Positions 42,468-55,400 of a DNA stretch of 64,000 nt are shown one piece after another. Every line of letters begins with the position of its first letter. Within the stretch, counting starts at the first letter, position 1. Under the pieces are notes generated by a model. It made no database searches. It was not told the DNA's origin and saw only the letters and a program-made list of their open reading frames with translations. The stretch is from Macrostomum lignano (lineage: Eukaryota), in contig NIVC01002274.1 in the NCBI GenBank assembly GCA_002269645.1, positions 1 to 64,000 on the forward strand, read 5' to 3'. A program made the translations under genes and the position numbers.

Positions 42468-43329
42468 CGGGGAGGGGAAACTATAGGGAAGAAACAGGTT
42501 TAAGCGAGGTGACCACAGTGGAATTGGAAATGGTTGGTTTGAAATCGGCCCGACCCGGATCACCCCCTGACCCACAGGAAATCCAACTTAACCTGAAGTG
42601 CGCGAGGCCGACAGTCCAAGACGATCGCACAGGAGCCAAATACCTGCATTCCAAATCACTCAACACTAAAAAGGAATTGAGGGAATCGGTTCAACCGCAG
42701 CTGTCTGGGCAGTTGATCTGCAGATCCCAGCGGGGTGCCCGAGAGTTCCAATATTAAAATTCTGACTTTCTCAGCATCCGGGGCCAGACTCTCAACTGCC
42801 TCATCTGTCACTTTGGATCGCAACCTTCCACCTCGTATATACTGAATCGCAGTCGCGCTTTTTAAAGCCGCCCCATGGCAACAGTGTGCGCAGGGGAAGC
42901 GGCGGGAGGCTTGGATGGCAATACGATGAAGAAGCACTTGTTGCAGGTTGCGGAGCCCCCAAGTCGCCAATGTTTACAGAGATTCGGCATGATGGATTGC
43001 TCACGAGCAAGTCTGGTGTATACAAGCCGTGGCCACCGACACTTGCCGTTGATTGCGGTGAAAGCGGCGCGAGCTGCGGACTGAGAGAGAGACAGAGAGA
43101 CAGAGACAGCTTCATCATTTCACCTGAATTTTCTTTTAACAGTTTACAACGGTGCTGCTTTGTGAATGCGAATGATAAATGCAGTGCAGGTCAGCACTGC
43201 CTGGGAACACTTGGGTGCAGCATACACTTGTTCCATCGGTCTGCGCATCTATTGCGTACGCGCTTCTGTTGCGCTTTACAGATTACTCTTTGCTCACTGT
43301 GCATGAAGTAAAATCCACCCTGCCATCGT

Positions 43330-44213
43330 GAAGAATCCCATCTCACCCTGAAGAATCCCATCGCACCCTGACCCATGCACCCTGAAGAATCCCATCGCAC
43401 CACCCCATCGCCTGAAGAATCCTGAACCTGAAGAATCCATCTCAACCTGAAGAATCCTCATCCTCAACCTGAAGAATCCCCATCTCAACCTGAAGAACCA
43501 TCTCACCCAACCCCATCTCAACCTGAAGAACCCCCAACCTGAAGAACCCCATCTCACCCTTAAGAATCATCTCACCCTGAAGAATCAACCTGAAAGAACC
43601 TCATCTCAACCTGAAGAATCCTCATCTCACCCTGAAGAATCCCCATCTCACCCTGAAGAACCCCATCTCACCCTGAAGAACCTCATCTCAACCTGAAGAA
43701 TCCCCATCTCACCCTGAAGAATCCCCATCTCACCCTGAAGAACCCCATCTCACCCTGAAGAACCTCATCTCAACCTGAAGAACCCCATCTCAACCTGAAG
43801 AATCGTCATCTCACCCTGAAGAACCCCATCTCAACCTGAAGAATCGTCATCTCACCCTGAAGAACCCCATCTCACCCTGAAGAATCCTCATCTCACCCTT
43901 AAGAATCCCCATCTCACCCTGAAGAACCCCATCTCACCCTGAAGAACCTCATCTCAACCTGAAGAATCCCCATCTCACCCTGAAGAATCCCCATCTCACC
44001 CTGAAGAACCCCATCTCACCCTGAAGAATCCTCATCTCACCCTTAAGAATCCCCATCTTACCCTGAAGAACCCCATCTCACCCTGAAGAACCTCATCTCA
44101 ACCTGAAGAATCCCCATCTCACCCTGAAGAATCTCCATCTCACCCTGAAGAATCCCATAACACCCTGAAGAATCCCATCTCACCCTGAAGAATCCCATAA
44201 CACCCTGAAGAAT
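43330..44213. repeat. Minisatellite, 20-21-bp unit CCCTGAAGAATCCCCATCTCA
   Basis: About 42 copies, degenerate at the left end. Confidence 0.96.
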
Positions 44214-44801
44214 CTACGACCTCCTGGCCTCCAGAGGAGTCCCAAAACTTCAATCTCGAAGCCCCAGCCTTTCTCAACCCGCAGATTCTCACGGCTTCTG
44301 TCAACTTTTGCATCGTCCGACCAAATTCTCTAAACTGCCATTCAGCCCCAGACTGCTCAATCGCTTTCTCCCTCATATTGAGCATGCTTCAAGGTCTCGC
44401 ATTTCTCTGTTCAGCCCCGCCTCAGGCCACCTGGCTGATGAGCTGCTTCTGCGGGTCAATTACTGTCATAAATCAATTATGCTTGCTGGCTGGGCTAAGC
44501 CGTACTGAAATTCGATCAGCTGGGAAATATTATTACGCGCAGTAAAAACGTGGGCAACAGTTTTGCCAAATTACATAGGCGAGAGGTCACCTGGAATACG
44601 CGTGCCCAGCCTCCCAACGCCCCATCTCGACCGGGTCTGCGGAACGCAACACACAGCCACAGGGGAGTCTCTCTGTCTCGCCCATGTCCCATGTATTTAT
44701 CCCCACAAAAATTTGCCACAACTGATGATGCAATTCAGATTTGGACACCTGCATGGGAGACGCGCCAAAAATGATTTTTTCCAAGATGGTTATCTATATA
44801 T

Positions 44802-45768
44802 AGCCTTGGCCTTAGCCTTGGCCTTAGCCTTGGCCTTAGCCTTGGCCTTAGCCTTGGCCTTAGCCTTGGCCTTAGCCTTGGCCTTAGCCTTGACCTTAGC
44901 CTTGGCCTTAGCCTTGGCCTTAGCCTTGGCCTTAGCCTTGGCCTTAGCCTTGGCCTTAGCCTTGGCCTTAGCCTTGGCCTTAGCCTTGGCCTTAGCCTTG
45001 GCCTTAGCCTTGGCCTTAGCCTTGGCCTTAGCCTTGGCCTTAGCCTTGGCCTTAGCCTTGGCCTTAGCCTTGGCCTTAGCCTTGGCCTTAGCCTTGGCCT
45101 TAGCCTTGGCCTTAGCCTTGGCCTTAGCCTTGGCCTTAGCCTTGGCCTTAGCCTTGGCCTTAGCCTTGGCCTTAGCCTTGGCCTTAGCCTTGGCCTTAGC
45201 CTTGGCCTTAGCCTTGGCCTTAGCCTTGGCCTTAGCCTTGGCCTTAGCCTTGGCCTTAGCCTTGGCCTTAGCCTTGGCCTTAGCCTTGGCCTTAGCCTTG
45301 GCCTTAGCCTTGGCCTTAGCCTTGGCCTTAGCCTTGGCCTTAGCCTTGGCCTTAGCCTTGGCCTTAGCCTTGGCCTTAGCCTTGGCCTTAGCCTTGGCCT
45401 TAGCCTTGGCCTTAGCCTTGGCCTTAGCCTTGGCCTTAGCCTTGGCCTTAGCCTTGGCCTTAGCCTTGGCCTTAGCCTTGGCCTTAGCCTTGGCCTTAGC
45501 CTTGGCCTTAGCCTTGGCCTTAGCCTTGGCCTTAGCCTTGGCCTTAGCCTTGGCCTTAGCCTTGGCCTTAGCCTTGGCCTTAGCCTTGGCCTTAGCCTTG
45601 GCCTTAGCCTTGGCCTTAGCCTTGGCCTTAGCCTTGGCCTTAGCCTTGGCCTTAGCCTTGGCCTTAGCCTTGGCCTTAGCCTTGGCCTTAGCCTTGGCCT
45701 TAGCCTTGGCCTTAGCCTTGGCCTTAGCCATGGCCTTAGCCTTGGCCTTAGCCTTGGCCTTAGCCTTG
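44802..45768. repeat. Near-perfect dodecamer array (GCCTTAGCCTTG)n
   Basis: About 80 copies with only two visible variants (near 44893 and 45730); explains the poly-AL, poly-AK and poly-LRPR ORFs. Confidence 0.98.
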
Positions 45769-46682
45769 CATCACTCCAGCACTTACTTTCAGCAATTTTC
45801 ATAATTCCCAGCAGGGGGCAATATTATGCTTACTTGCCCATTAGAAGCGCTACAACTTGTGTTTTGCGTCAGTGGCATATCGCACGCACCAAATGGCATC
45901 GTGAAACTTGAAAGAATGGAGATAAAGGGATGCGGCAGCTGCTGCTTCCCCATCATTCGCCCTTCTTCAATGCCAGCGCCCAGCTGAAGCAGGAAAAGAA
46001 AACTTGTAGGAAACCCCCCTAGCAACAGGCCTGACAGCTCATCAGCATCAACAACGGGCGTTCGGACCGCGGCAGTCAGTGTATCCGCTCTTACGCGGCA
46101 GTGTGTTTCAACAACAACAGCACAGAGCACATGCCATCAGCCAGACCCTTCAAAGCGGTGGCAGCTGCTCGGGCGCATAGTGGACAAACATTGCTGCTAC
46201 TGGCTATCCTTGAGTGCCACCTGACACTGTTAATCAGATGGCCGCTGCCGTCTCCCCTTGTCTGTCTCCCATATCGCATTGCATTTTCTCCCGTGGGAAA
46301 AGTCATTATTGAGCCCCGGAGACGGTCGGGCGCTGTGCAATGGATTTGCGTGGGAAGTTCGTGGCTACAGTTCTCAGCCCGAGCCAGGTTGGTCTTAGCC
46401 AATGGAGCGGAGCTGCCTGTCACGCCATTGGCTGAAGCAGAACTGGCTGCCGGGGGGGGGGTGCCCGGCCGCCAATTTTGCCACCCCCTACATTTTTAAG
46501 CTTTAATAGACCTCGGCCTTAAAAACCCTTTTAAAGACAAACTGAGAGAGGATCCTGGACACCTTTGGCTACTTAAAATTATTCTCTGGACAAGCAGCAC
46601 CGCCTATAGCCTAGCAACTAACGCGGAAGTTTCGCAAGCGCAATACTGCCCCGCAACTGCGTCAAAAGTGTGGTGAAATCAG

Positions 46683-48100
46683 GTAAGAAGGAAGAGCTTA
46701 TTTGTGTCTAGTAGGATTTTTTAAAGTGGCCCCTTCTTCTGGCCACTTCTTGTCGATTGCCTAAAAACTGCAGCCTCAGGCGCCTCATCTGATGAGGCTC
46801 AGAGGCTGCATAGACTTGGAGAGTTTTAACCAGTAATTTTAGGCATGCAATAAATTATAAAAATAAAATTGCTTGGGCCTAGGGATGCTTTTTTATCCGA
46901 GAGGGAGCAGAAGGTTGAAACAAAGGAGAGAAATCGAGGCAAATTATTGAATAAAAAAGCAACAGGGGGGAAGATTACGGTTGTTGTTTCAATGTCCCTA
47001 TTGTTTCTAGCACCGCGCAGCCACCCGCCAGTCGCCCTGAAAAAATCCGAGACATTCAAAGAAACGGAAAGTTGAGAATAATAATTATTATTAATATTAT
47101 TAGATTTTTGAGCGTAGCAACAGGATAGAGCCATCTGGATTGCGGGGATTTACTCTGCTCCGCGTGTAAAGTTTTCTGAAAAAAAGTTTAAACACTCGCG
47201 CGGTCACATGGAGTCGGCCATCAAAATTCTAATCATTCGAACTCCAAAAAAGTTCGAAGGCACGTGGGGCTCTGCCGCTCTTGTATATAGTCTGCAGTCT
47301 TTACACATCTCAGAAACAAAACTTAATACTCATTCTACGCTCACAATTTATTGTTAAATTCCTGTATGTCCCATGCATGAGGCCGAACTACCAGTTGATC
47401 GTTTAACATATACCATGGGAATTAACAACCATCAGGTGCTCGGGGCCATCGCCACGGGGAATCAAGGAATGGTTTTGTTGGGCAACGTGTAGGGACTTTA
47501 GTATTGGGCCAAACATACATAATTTCTGGTATCAAACCATTGGTTCATATTTGTGTATACACCTGGGCTAAGCAATGCAAGCATTTGCTGGGGAATTTAC
47601 ACATTCTAAGAATTGAGATTTGCCTCAACAGGTTGCAGGCGCATTTGATTAGTCATTGTTATATGGCTCTTTTCCTGAGCAAGTTTGCTGCTTGATTATT
47701 GTTTGTTTGCCACCTGATGGACTCCCTATGCGCCCCCCGATGCCCCCCGATGGCGCCCCCCCGAGGGCACATCCCCTGATGGCGCCCCCCCCGATGGCGC
47801 CCCCCGATGGCGCCCCCGATGGCGCCCCCCGATGGCGCCCCCCGATGGCGCCCCGTTTGCTACCCACTGGCGCGCCCCCCGATGGCGCCTCAACTTGCGC
47901 CAACCAGCCACCAATGCTGCAGACGTGTATTCGTACTGCTACAATCCTATTAAGACCAATTATTACCATAGAGCATTGCATTAAACGGCTGGAAAGTCTG
48001 TGTTGAACTCGGTATTATGCACTTGCTGTTTGAAATTGAACAAAATCTTTGCTCAAAGTCTGCAAGCATTATGACCATTGCACCTGCATGCATTTCCCAG
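46683..48100 (+). other. Probable 5' UTR intron of the Snail gene
   Basis: Strong donor ATCAG|GTAAGA at 46683 and acceptor CATTTCCCAG|G at 48100; an in-frame TAA at 48103-48105 precedes the ATG at 48118. The pairing of these two sites is inference. Confidence 0.5.
47740..47888. repeat. Short GC-rich tandem repeat GATGGCGCCCCC(C)
   Basis: About 9 imperfect copies. Confidence 0.9.
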
Positions 48101-48117
48101 GTTAATTGTGCAGCAAG

Positions 48118-49215
48118 ATGCAACAACAGCCACAGCAGCTTCTGCCCGCACATTCCGTGTTCGCTGCAGCCGCCGCAGCAGCCGCGGCCGCTGCCGCCTC
48201 GGGCTGCCTGCCTCGCCATCATCAGCTTCCGCACCAGCATCTCCAGCATCTGCCGCTGGTGCCGCTGTTTGCCTGGCGCCCTGACGAGATGAAGCCAACG
48301 CTGGAGAACATCTGCGCCTATCCCGGACTGTTCGCTGACTTCCAGATGCGCGCCATGGCGAAGGCCCAGGAGCTGGCTAAGACTGCTGGCCATCGTGTCG
48401 GTGGCGGTGGCGGCGGCAGCGACGGCGGCAGCTGCTCATCGACTTTGCCGCCACTGCCGCTGCCGCCTCCGCTGTGTTGGCCCCCGGGCCCTCACCGGCT
48501 GCCGACAGGCGTGGCGCTGGGCAGCTCGCAGCTGTCGCTGCCGCAGCTGCAGCACCTGTCGGTTCCTCCGCTGCCACCGCCGCCGCCGCCGCCGCCGCCT
48601 CCGCAGCCGCCGCGACTCATCGTCCCGTCGTCTTGCCGGTCGTCGCCGCTCGGCTCATCCGACGCCTCCGCTGACGGCTCGGCCGACCGCCTGCCGCCTC
48701 CTTCGGCGTCCCCGCAGGCCTCGCTGCCGCCAACCCCGGCCGCTGACCTGCAGCCGGCCAAGAGGCCGTCCGGTCTGTCTTGCGACCGCTGCGGCCGGGT
48801 GTACACCACGCCGTCCGGCCTGCTGAAGCACCTGGAGTCCGGCAGCTGCGGCGGCGAGGCTCGCCGATTCAGCTGCACCCGCTGCCACAAGGAGTACTGC
48901 AGCCTGAGCGCGCTGAAGATGCACATCAGGACTCACACCCTGCCGTGCCAGTGCCGGGTGTGCGGCAAGGCCTTCAGCCGGATGTGGCTGCTCAACGGCC
49001 ACCTGCGGACGCACACGGGGGAGAAACCGTTCCAGTGCCAGGTGTGCCAGCGGGCCTTCGCCGACCGGTCCAACCTGCGGGCGCACATGCAGACGCACTC
49101 GGAGGTGAAGAAGTACCGATGCCAAGCCTGCGGCAAGACCTTCAGCCGGATGGGACTGCTGGCGAAGCATCGCGGAGCCGGCTGCTGCGGCGGCGGCGGC
49201 GGCGCCTCACCCTGA
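48118..49215 (+). CDS. snail: Snail-family C2H2 zinc-finger transcription factor, 365 aa, intronless CDS, no SNAG domain
   Basis: [85 protein letters not shown] are the Snail/Slug finger array; preceded by a degenerate C2HC finger. Confidence 0.95.
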   Translation: MQQQPQQLLPAHSVFAAAAAAAAAAAASGCLPRHHQLPHQHLQHLPLVPLFAWRPDEMKPTLENICAYPGLFADFQMRAMAKAQELAKTAGHRVGGGGGGSDGGSCSSTLPPLPLPPPLCWPPGPHRLPTGVALGSSQLSLPQLQHLSVPPLPPPPPPPPPPQPPRLIVPSSCRSSPLGSSDASADGSADRLPPPSASPQASLPPTPAADLQPAKRPSGLSCDRCGRVYTTPSGLLKHLESGSCGGEARRFSCTRCHKEYCSLSALKMHIRTHTLPCQCRVCGKAFSRMWLLNGHLRTHTGEKPFQCQVCQRAFADRSNLRAHMQTHSEVKKYRCQACGKTFSRMGLLAKHRGAGCCGGGGGASP

Positions 49216-50052
49216 CTGCCCCTGTCCCGCCTCCACCGGACTCCGCACCCGTTGAACCCAGCCGCGCGTTCCCAGATGCTACTCGTGTTTGAAACTACAA
49301 AGGACAGGCAGTATATCCTGGCAATTTAGTAGCGCTAAAATAGTTTTTCCCAGCAATCAGAGCACCTCATTATTAACAAATTATAAACATGCTGTTAGGG
49401 AGTTCTGTCAAAATTGCATTCCAATTTCTGCTTCTGGCCCCACCGCAGCGTTCAAAGCTGTTTACAGCGAGGCCCTCTGCTCCCTCAGAGCAACCGGCTG
49501 CGTCCGACAGCGAGTTCTCGAAGAGAATTATCCTCATCAAAATGTGTTTTTATTACAGCATATATTCTAGCAATTCAGGCATTCATGAATTCCACGGCCA
49601 TGCAGTGCAATATTTGTTTGTCAGAGAGTTAACACTGTCCTCCACTGATTTCTGCAGCTGCTTTGATTTGCGCATTTCACAGCACACTGCGGAATCAGCT
49701 TGTTGTGAAACTAAGGAGCAGCAAATTAATCTCGTTACAGTTAATCGCTTCTGCATTAATATCACACTTTCCCTGGCCAGGCTGTCAGTCTGATTCAGTT
49801 GTAATGTCCTCGCCTCGTATATTTAATGGGTGTCTATGCGATTTTTGTCTCATTGTTATACAATTTGTATATAATATTCATCTGTATCATCCAATGGTTC
49901 GCGTGCAAATATATACTACTAGTTAATGCAGTAGCAACATGAGAATTTGCACTGCTAAATAGTATATTTCCATTGATTTTTGTTTTGTTCGATAAAAAAT
50001 AAGTCTTTTCTCTTGGCTTAATTTTTTGATTAAAAAATAATGCTGATAATGA

Positions 50053-50344
50053 GCCCAGCCTCCCTTCATCATCAGAGAGAGAGAGACAGGGTGACAGTCC
50101 AGCCTCCCTTCATCACCAGAGAGAGAGAGACAGGGTGACAGCCCAGCCTCCCTTCATCACCAGAGAGATAGAGACAGGGTGACAGCCCAGCCTCCCTTCA
50201 TCACCAGAGAGAGAGAGAGACAGGGTGACAGCCCAGCCTCCCTTCATCACCAGAGAGAGAGAGAGAGACAGGGTGACAGCCCAGCCTCCCTTCATCACCA
50301 GAGAGAGAGAGAGAGACAGGGTGACAGCCCAGCCTCCCTTCATC

Positions 50345-50381
<37 letters not shown>

Positions 50382-50404
50382 TGACAGCCCAGCCTCCCTT
50401 CATC

Positions 50405-50441
<37 letters not shown>

Positions 50442-51588
50442 TGACAGCCCAGCCTCCCTTCATCACCAGAGAGAGGGAGAGAGAGAGAGAGACAGGGTGA
50501 CAGCCCAGCCTCCCTTCATCACCAGAGAGAGGGAGAGAGAGAGAGAGACAGGGTGACAGCCCAGCCTCCCTTCATCACCAGAGAGAGGGAGAGAGAGAGA
50601 GAGACAGGGTGACAGCCCAGCCTCCCTTCATCACCAGAGAGAGGGAGAGAGAGAGAGAGACAGGGTGACAGCCCAGCCTCCCTTCATCACCAGAGAGAGA
50701 GAGAGAGAGAGACAGGGTGACAGCCCAGCCTCCCTTCATCACCAGAGAGAGAGAGAGAGACAGGGTGACAGCCCAGCCTCCCTTCATCACCAGAGAGAGA
50801 GAGAGAGAGAGAGAGACAGGGTGACAGCCCAGCCTCCCTTCATCACCAGAGAGAGAGAGAGAGAGAGACAGGGTGACAGCCCAGCCTCCCTTCATCACCA
50901 GAGAGAGAGAGAGAGACAGGGTGACAGCCCAGCCTCCCTTCATCACCAGAGAGAGAGAGAGAGAGAGAGACAGGGTGACAGCCCAGCCTCCCTTCATCAC
51001 CAGAGAGAGAGAGAGAGAGAGACAGGGTGACAGCCCAGCCTCCCTTCATCACCAGAGAGAGGGAGAGAGAGAGAGAGACAGGGTGACAGCCCAGCCTCCC
51101 TTCATCACCAGAGAGAGGAGAGAGAGAGAGAGACAGGGTGACAGCCCAGCCTCCCTTCATCACCAGAGAGAGGAGAGAGAGAGAGAGACAGGGTGACAGC
51201 CCAGCCTCCCTTCATCACCAGAGAGAGAGAGAGAGAGAGACAGGGTGACAGCCCAGCCTCCCTTCATCACCAGAGAGAGAGAGAGAGACAGGGTGACAGC
51301 CCAGCCTCCCTTCATCACCAGAGAGAGAGAGAGAGAGAGAGAGACAGGGTGACAGCCCAGCCTCCCTTCATCACCAGAGAGAGGAGAGAGAGAGAGAGAC
51401 AGGGTGACAGCCCAGCCTCCCTTCATCACCAGAGAGAGGGAGAGAGAGAGAGAGACAGGGTGACAGCCCAGCCTCCCTTCATCACCAGAGAGAGAGAGAG
51501 AGACAGGGTGACAGCCCAGCCTCCCTTCATCACCAGAGAGAGAGAGAGAGAGAGAGACAGGGTGACAGCCCAGCCTCCCTTCATCACC

Positions 51589-51620
<32 letters not shown>

Positions 51621-51924
51621 TGACAGCCCAGCCTCCCTTCATCACCAGAGAGAGGGAGAGAGAGAGAGAGACAGGGTGACAGCCCAGCCTCCCTTCATCA
51701 CCAGAGAGAGGGAGAGAGAGAGAGAGACAGGGTGACAGCCCAGCCTCCCTTCATCACCAGAGAGAGAGAGAGAGAGAGAGACAGGGTGACAGCCCAGCCT
51801 CCCTTCATCACCAGAGAGAGGGAGAGAGAGAGAGAGACAGGGTGACAGCCCAGCCTCCCTTCATCACCAGAGAGAGAGAGAGAGAGAGAGAGACAGGGTG
51901 ACAGCCCAGCCTCCCTTCATCACC

Positions 51925-51956
<32 letters not shown>

Positions 51957-52193
51957 TGACAGCCCAGCCTCCCTTCATCACCAGAGAGAGAGAGACAGGG
52001 TGACAGCCCAGCCTCCCTTCATCACCAGAGAGAGAGAGACAGGGTGACAGCCCAGCCTCCCTTCATCACCAGAGAGAGAGAGAGAGAGAGAGACAGGGTG
52101 ACAGCCCAGCCTCCCTTCATCACCAGAGAGAGAGAGAGAGAGAGAGAGACAGGGTGACAGCCCAGCCTCCCTTCATCACCAGAGAGAGGGAGA
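50053..52193. repeat. Compound minisatellite: constant 32-bp core CAGGGTGACAGCCCAGCCTCCCTTCATCACCA alternating with variable-length (GA)n
   Basis: More than 40 units. Confidence 0.98.
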
Positions 52194-52404
52194 GAGCTTG
52201 CATTTATCCATGGGCTAATATCGCCAATACTCGTAAGTACAAGACGCCGCATGAATACATTATACGGTTGCCATGAGTTTTTCACAGCTATTCTGCCATA
52301 GACAAGATAAAAATGCACCCGAATAAACCGGTTCTAATTAAAGCGACAAAACTAGTCTCTAAATTGCTCAATAAATTAGCGTATCAGGCACGACAACACT
52401 AAAA

Positions 52405-55400
52405 ATGAAGAAGTCCCAGGCTAGCAGTGCCAGCAACATGACCCGTAGCTCGCTAACCCCTGAATGCAGCAACAGCAGCAGCAGCAGAAGCAGAAGCAGC
52501 AGCACTAGTCGAACAAATAATTCCAATTATTCCAGCGATTCTGGTGCACAGAACTCATCGCCATATTATATGTGAGAACTAAAAAAGTACCATGTTTTGA
52601 TTGCTGTCACTTTTAAGCACTTCTGCGGTTGGCAATTGTCAAAAGTGAATAGTATAGGTAAATACAGAAGTGAGTCATCTATTATGAGTCATAGACATCG
52701 ACAGTTGGTCGTAGATATCTACAATGGGTCATAGATGTCTACATGTCTACAATGGGTCATAGATATCTACAATGGGTTATAGATGTCTACAATGGGTCAT
52801 AGATGTATACAATGGGTCATAGATGTCTACAATGGGTCATAGATATCTACAATGGGTTATAGATGTCTACAATGGGTCATAGATGTCTACAATGGGTCAT
52901 ATATTTAAAATAGGTCACAGATATCTAAAATAGGTCATAGATGTCTACAATGGGTCATAGATATCTACAATGGGTCATAAATATCTACAGTGGATCATAT
53001 ACATCTAAAATGGGTCATAGCTATCTAAAATGGGTCATAGATATCTAAAATGGGTCATAGATATCTAAAATGGGCCATAGATGTCTAAAATGGGTCATAG
53101 ATATCTAAAATGGGCCATAGATGTCTAAAATGGGTCATAGATATCTAAAACATTTTTATAGTATGGCTAAGATTTCTACAATGGGTCATAGCGTGTCGCA
53201 GGCGCATGGGTAAGTCTCAAGATGAATCATTCACCAATACAGAAGTCACGCCAAAGTGAATGCCAACTGCTATTTTCCCAAACACTCCGACAGAAAGCAA
53301 GTCCAACGGAAGATCAGAGAGGTTGGCCGGACAGTCAGCAGACAGAGCAGCAGCAGCAGCAGCAGACTCTATGGCGGCTCGTCCACTCTCACTGGCATGG
53401 CTGGCAGCTGCTTGTGAGTCGGTCTCTATAAATCAGTTCAAATACGAGCGTTTGCAATAGAAGCAGGTGGTGCTTTTAAAATTCCACTATGAATGTTGTC
53501 TTTTCTCCGAGCAAATCTGAGTTGCCCTGGAGATGAAGTCAAGCCGCAGTCAAGGTGAATTTAAGCTAAAAGTCAAGCTGAAGTCAAGCTGAAATCAAGC
53601 TGAAATTAGGCTGAAGTCAAGCTGAAGTCAAGCTGAAATCAAGCTGAAATTAGGCTGAAGTCAAGCTGAAGTCAAGCTGAAGTCAAGCTGAAATCAAGCT
53701 GAAATTACGCTGAAGTCAAGCTGAAGTCAAGCTGAAGTCAAGCTGAAGTCAAGCTGAAGTCAAGCTGAAGTCAAGCTGAAGTCAAGCTGAAGTCAAGCTG
53801 AAGTCAAGCTGAAGTCAAGCTGAAGTCAAGCTGAAGTCAAGCTGAAGTCAAGCTGAAGTCAAGCTGAAGTCAAACTGAAGCCAAGCTGAAGTCCAGCTGA
53901 AGCCAAGCTGAAGTCAAGCTGAAGTCAAGCTGAAGTCAAGCTGAAGTCAAACTGAAGCCAAGCTGAAGTCAAGCTGAAGTCAAGCTGAATTTAAGCTAAA
54001 AGTCAAGCTGAAGTTAAGCTGAAGTTAAGCTGAAGTCAAGCTGAAGTCAAGCTGAATTTAAGCTAAAAGTCAAGCTGAAGTCAAGCTGAAGTTAAGCTGA
54101 AGTTAAGCTGAAGTCAAGCTGAAGTCAAGCTGAATTTAAGCTAAAAGTCAAGCTGAAGTCAAGCTGAAGTTAAGCTGAAGTTAAGCTGAAGTTAAGCTGA
54201 AGTTAAGCTGAAGTTAAGCTGAATTTAAGCTGAAGTCAAGCTGAAGTCAAGCTGAAGTCAAGCTGAAGTCAAGCTGAAGTCAAGCTGAAGTCAAGCTGAA
54301 GTCAAGCTGAAGTCAAACTGAAGCCAAGCTGAAGTCCAGCTGAAGCCAAGCTGAATTTAAGCTGAAGTCAAGCTGAAGTTGAACCAAAATCAAGATTTGC
54401 ACAAGAACTACTTAAATAGGACAGAAAATTCATCTTTTAGCAAGCCAGCCTTCAAAAGATTTTCTAAGAAACCAAGTCTCCCGTCCTTCTGCATAAAACT
54501 TTTGCAGCAGCCAGCAGTCGGCGCCGACGAAGCTGCGGCAGCTGAACAAGAGCGAGAACAACAGCACTCCGGGCAGCGGCGGCCGCTGCTCCAAGAAGGA
54601 CGCCTGCGGCAGCGCCGCCATCTATGCGGCCAAGCCGAAAGCCCGGCCGGCGGTCCGGCATAAAAAACCGGCTGCGGCGGCGGCTAAGGCGGCCAACCTG
54701 ATGTCGGCCTGCGCTGACGCCACGGCCAAACAGGCAGAGCGGCTGCGGGCCACCGGGCGCAGGGGCTGCCAGGGCGACAATCCGTACGCCTCGCTGAAGA
54801 CGGACACCTTCCGGCGCCTGTTGGCCAAAACCGGCGGCCAGCGTCGGCGAGGCCGGCGGCACCTGCGGACCGGTGCTCCCGCTGCTGGCGGCGGCGGCGG
54901 CGGCCGGAAGATCAAGTGGTGCGAGCCGAAAACGGACGAGTGCGATGCGGTGCAGACGCAGCTCTGTCCGAATTTGTGAGCTGGGATGAGAATTCTTGTT
55001 TTTGTGGGGAGATTTTTCAGTATAGACTACTGACTAAGTAGCACTTGTAAGTTAGCGATTTCGGGTTCCATAGAAGCTCATGCTTTGTCTGAAGTTGGGT
55101 AAGAAATGTAGAGTTCCGATGAAAAATGTAGGGTTCAGGTGAGCAATGTAGAATTCGGGTATATGAAATGAAGGATTCAGGTATATGAAATGTAGGATTC
55201 AGGTATATAAAATAAAGGATTCAGGTATATGAAATGAAGGATTCAGGTATATGAAATGAAGGATTCAGGTATATGAAATGAAGGATTCAGGTATATGAAA
55301 TGAAGGATTCAGGTATATGAAATGAAGGATTCAGGTATATGAAATGAAGGATTCAGGTATATGAAATGAAGGATTCAGGTATATGAAATGAAGGATTCAG

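Noticed and set aside
40555-44508. Short ORFs at 40555-41210, 42509-43311 and 44212-44508 as exons or transposon proteins (VWDH, PDPQEI)
   Set aside because: Motif spacing does not fit BED fingers or gypsy RT, and no consistent splice chain could be built.
44563-45804. 413-aa poly-AL, 355-aa poly-LRPR and 313-aa poly-AK ORFs as genes
   Set aside because: They are stop-free readings of a 12-bp repeat, with no coding-like flanks.
46645-46682. LPRNCVKS as a degenerate SNAG exon
   Set aside because: No ATG, poor match to MPRSFLVK, and its phase does not join the Snail frame.
43330-46800. Hammerhead ribozyme cores (CTGAAGA in the 21-bp array; CTGATGA near 44436, 46789, and also near 40796)
   Set aside because: No stem II followed by CGAAA and no stem III/NUH site could be built.
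50053-52193. CRISPR-like repeat/spacer appearance
   Set aside because: The spacers are only (GA)n, there are no cas genes, and the context is eukaryotic.
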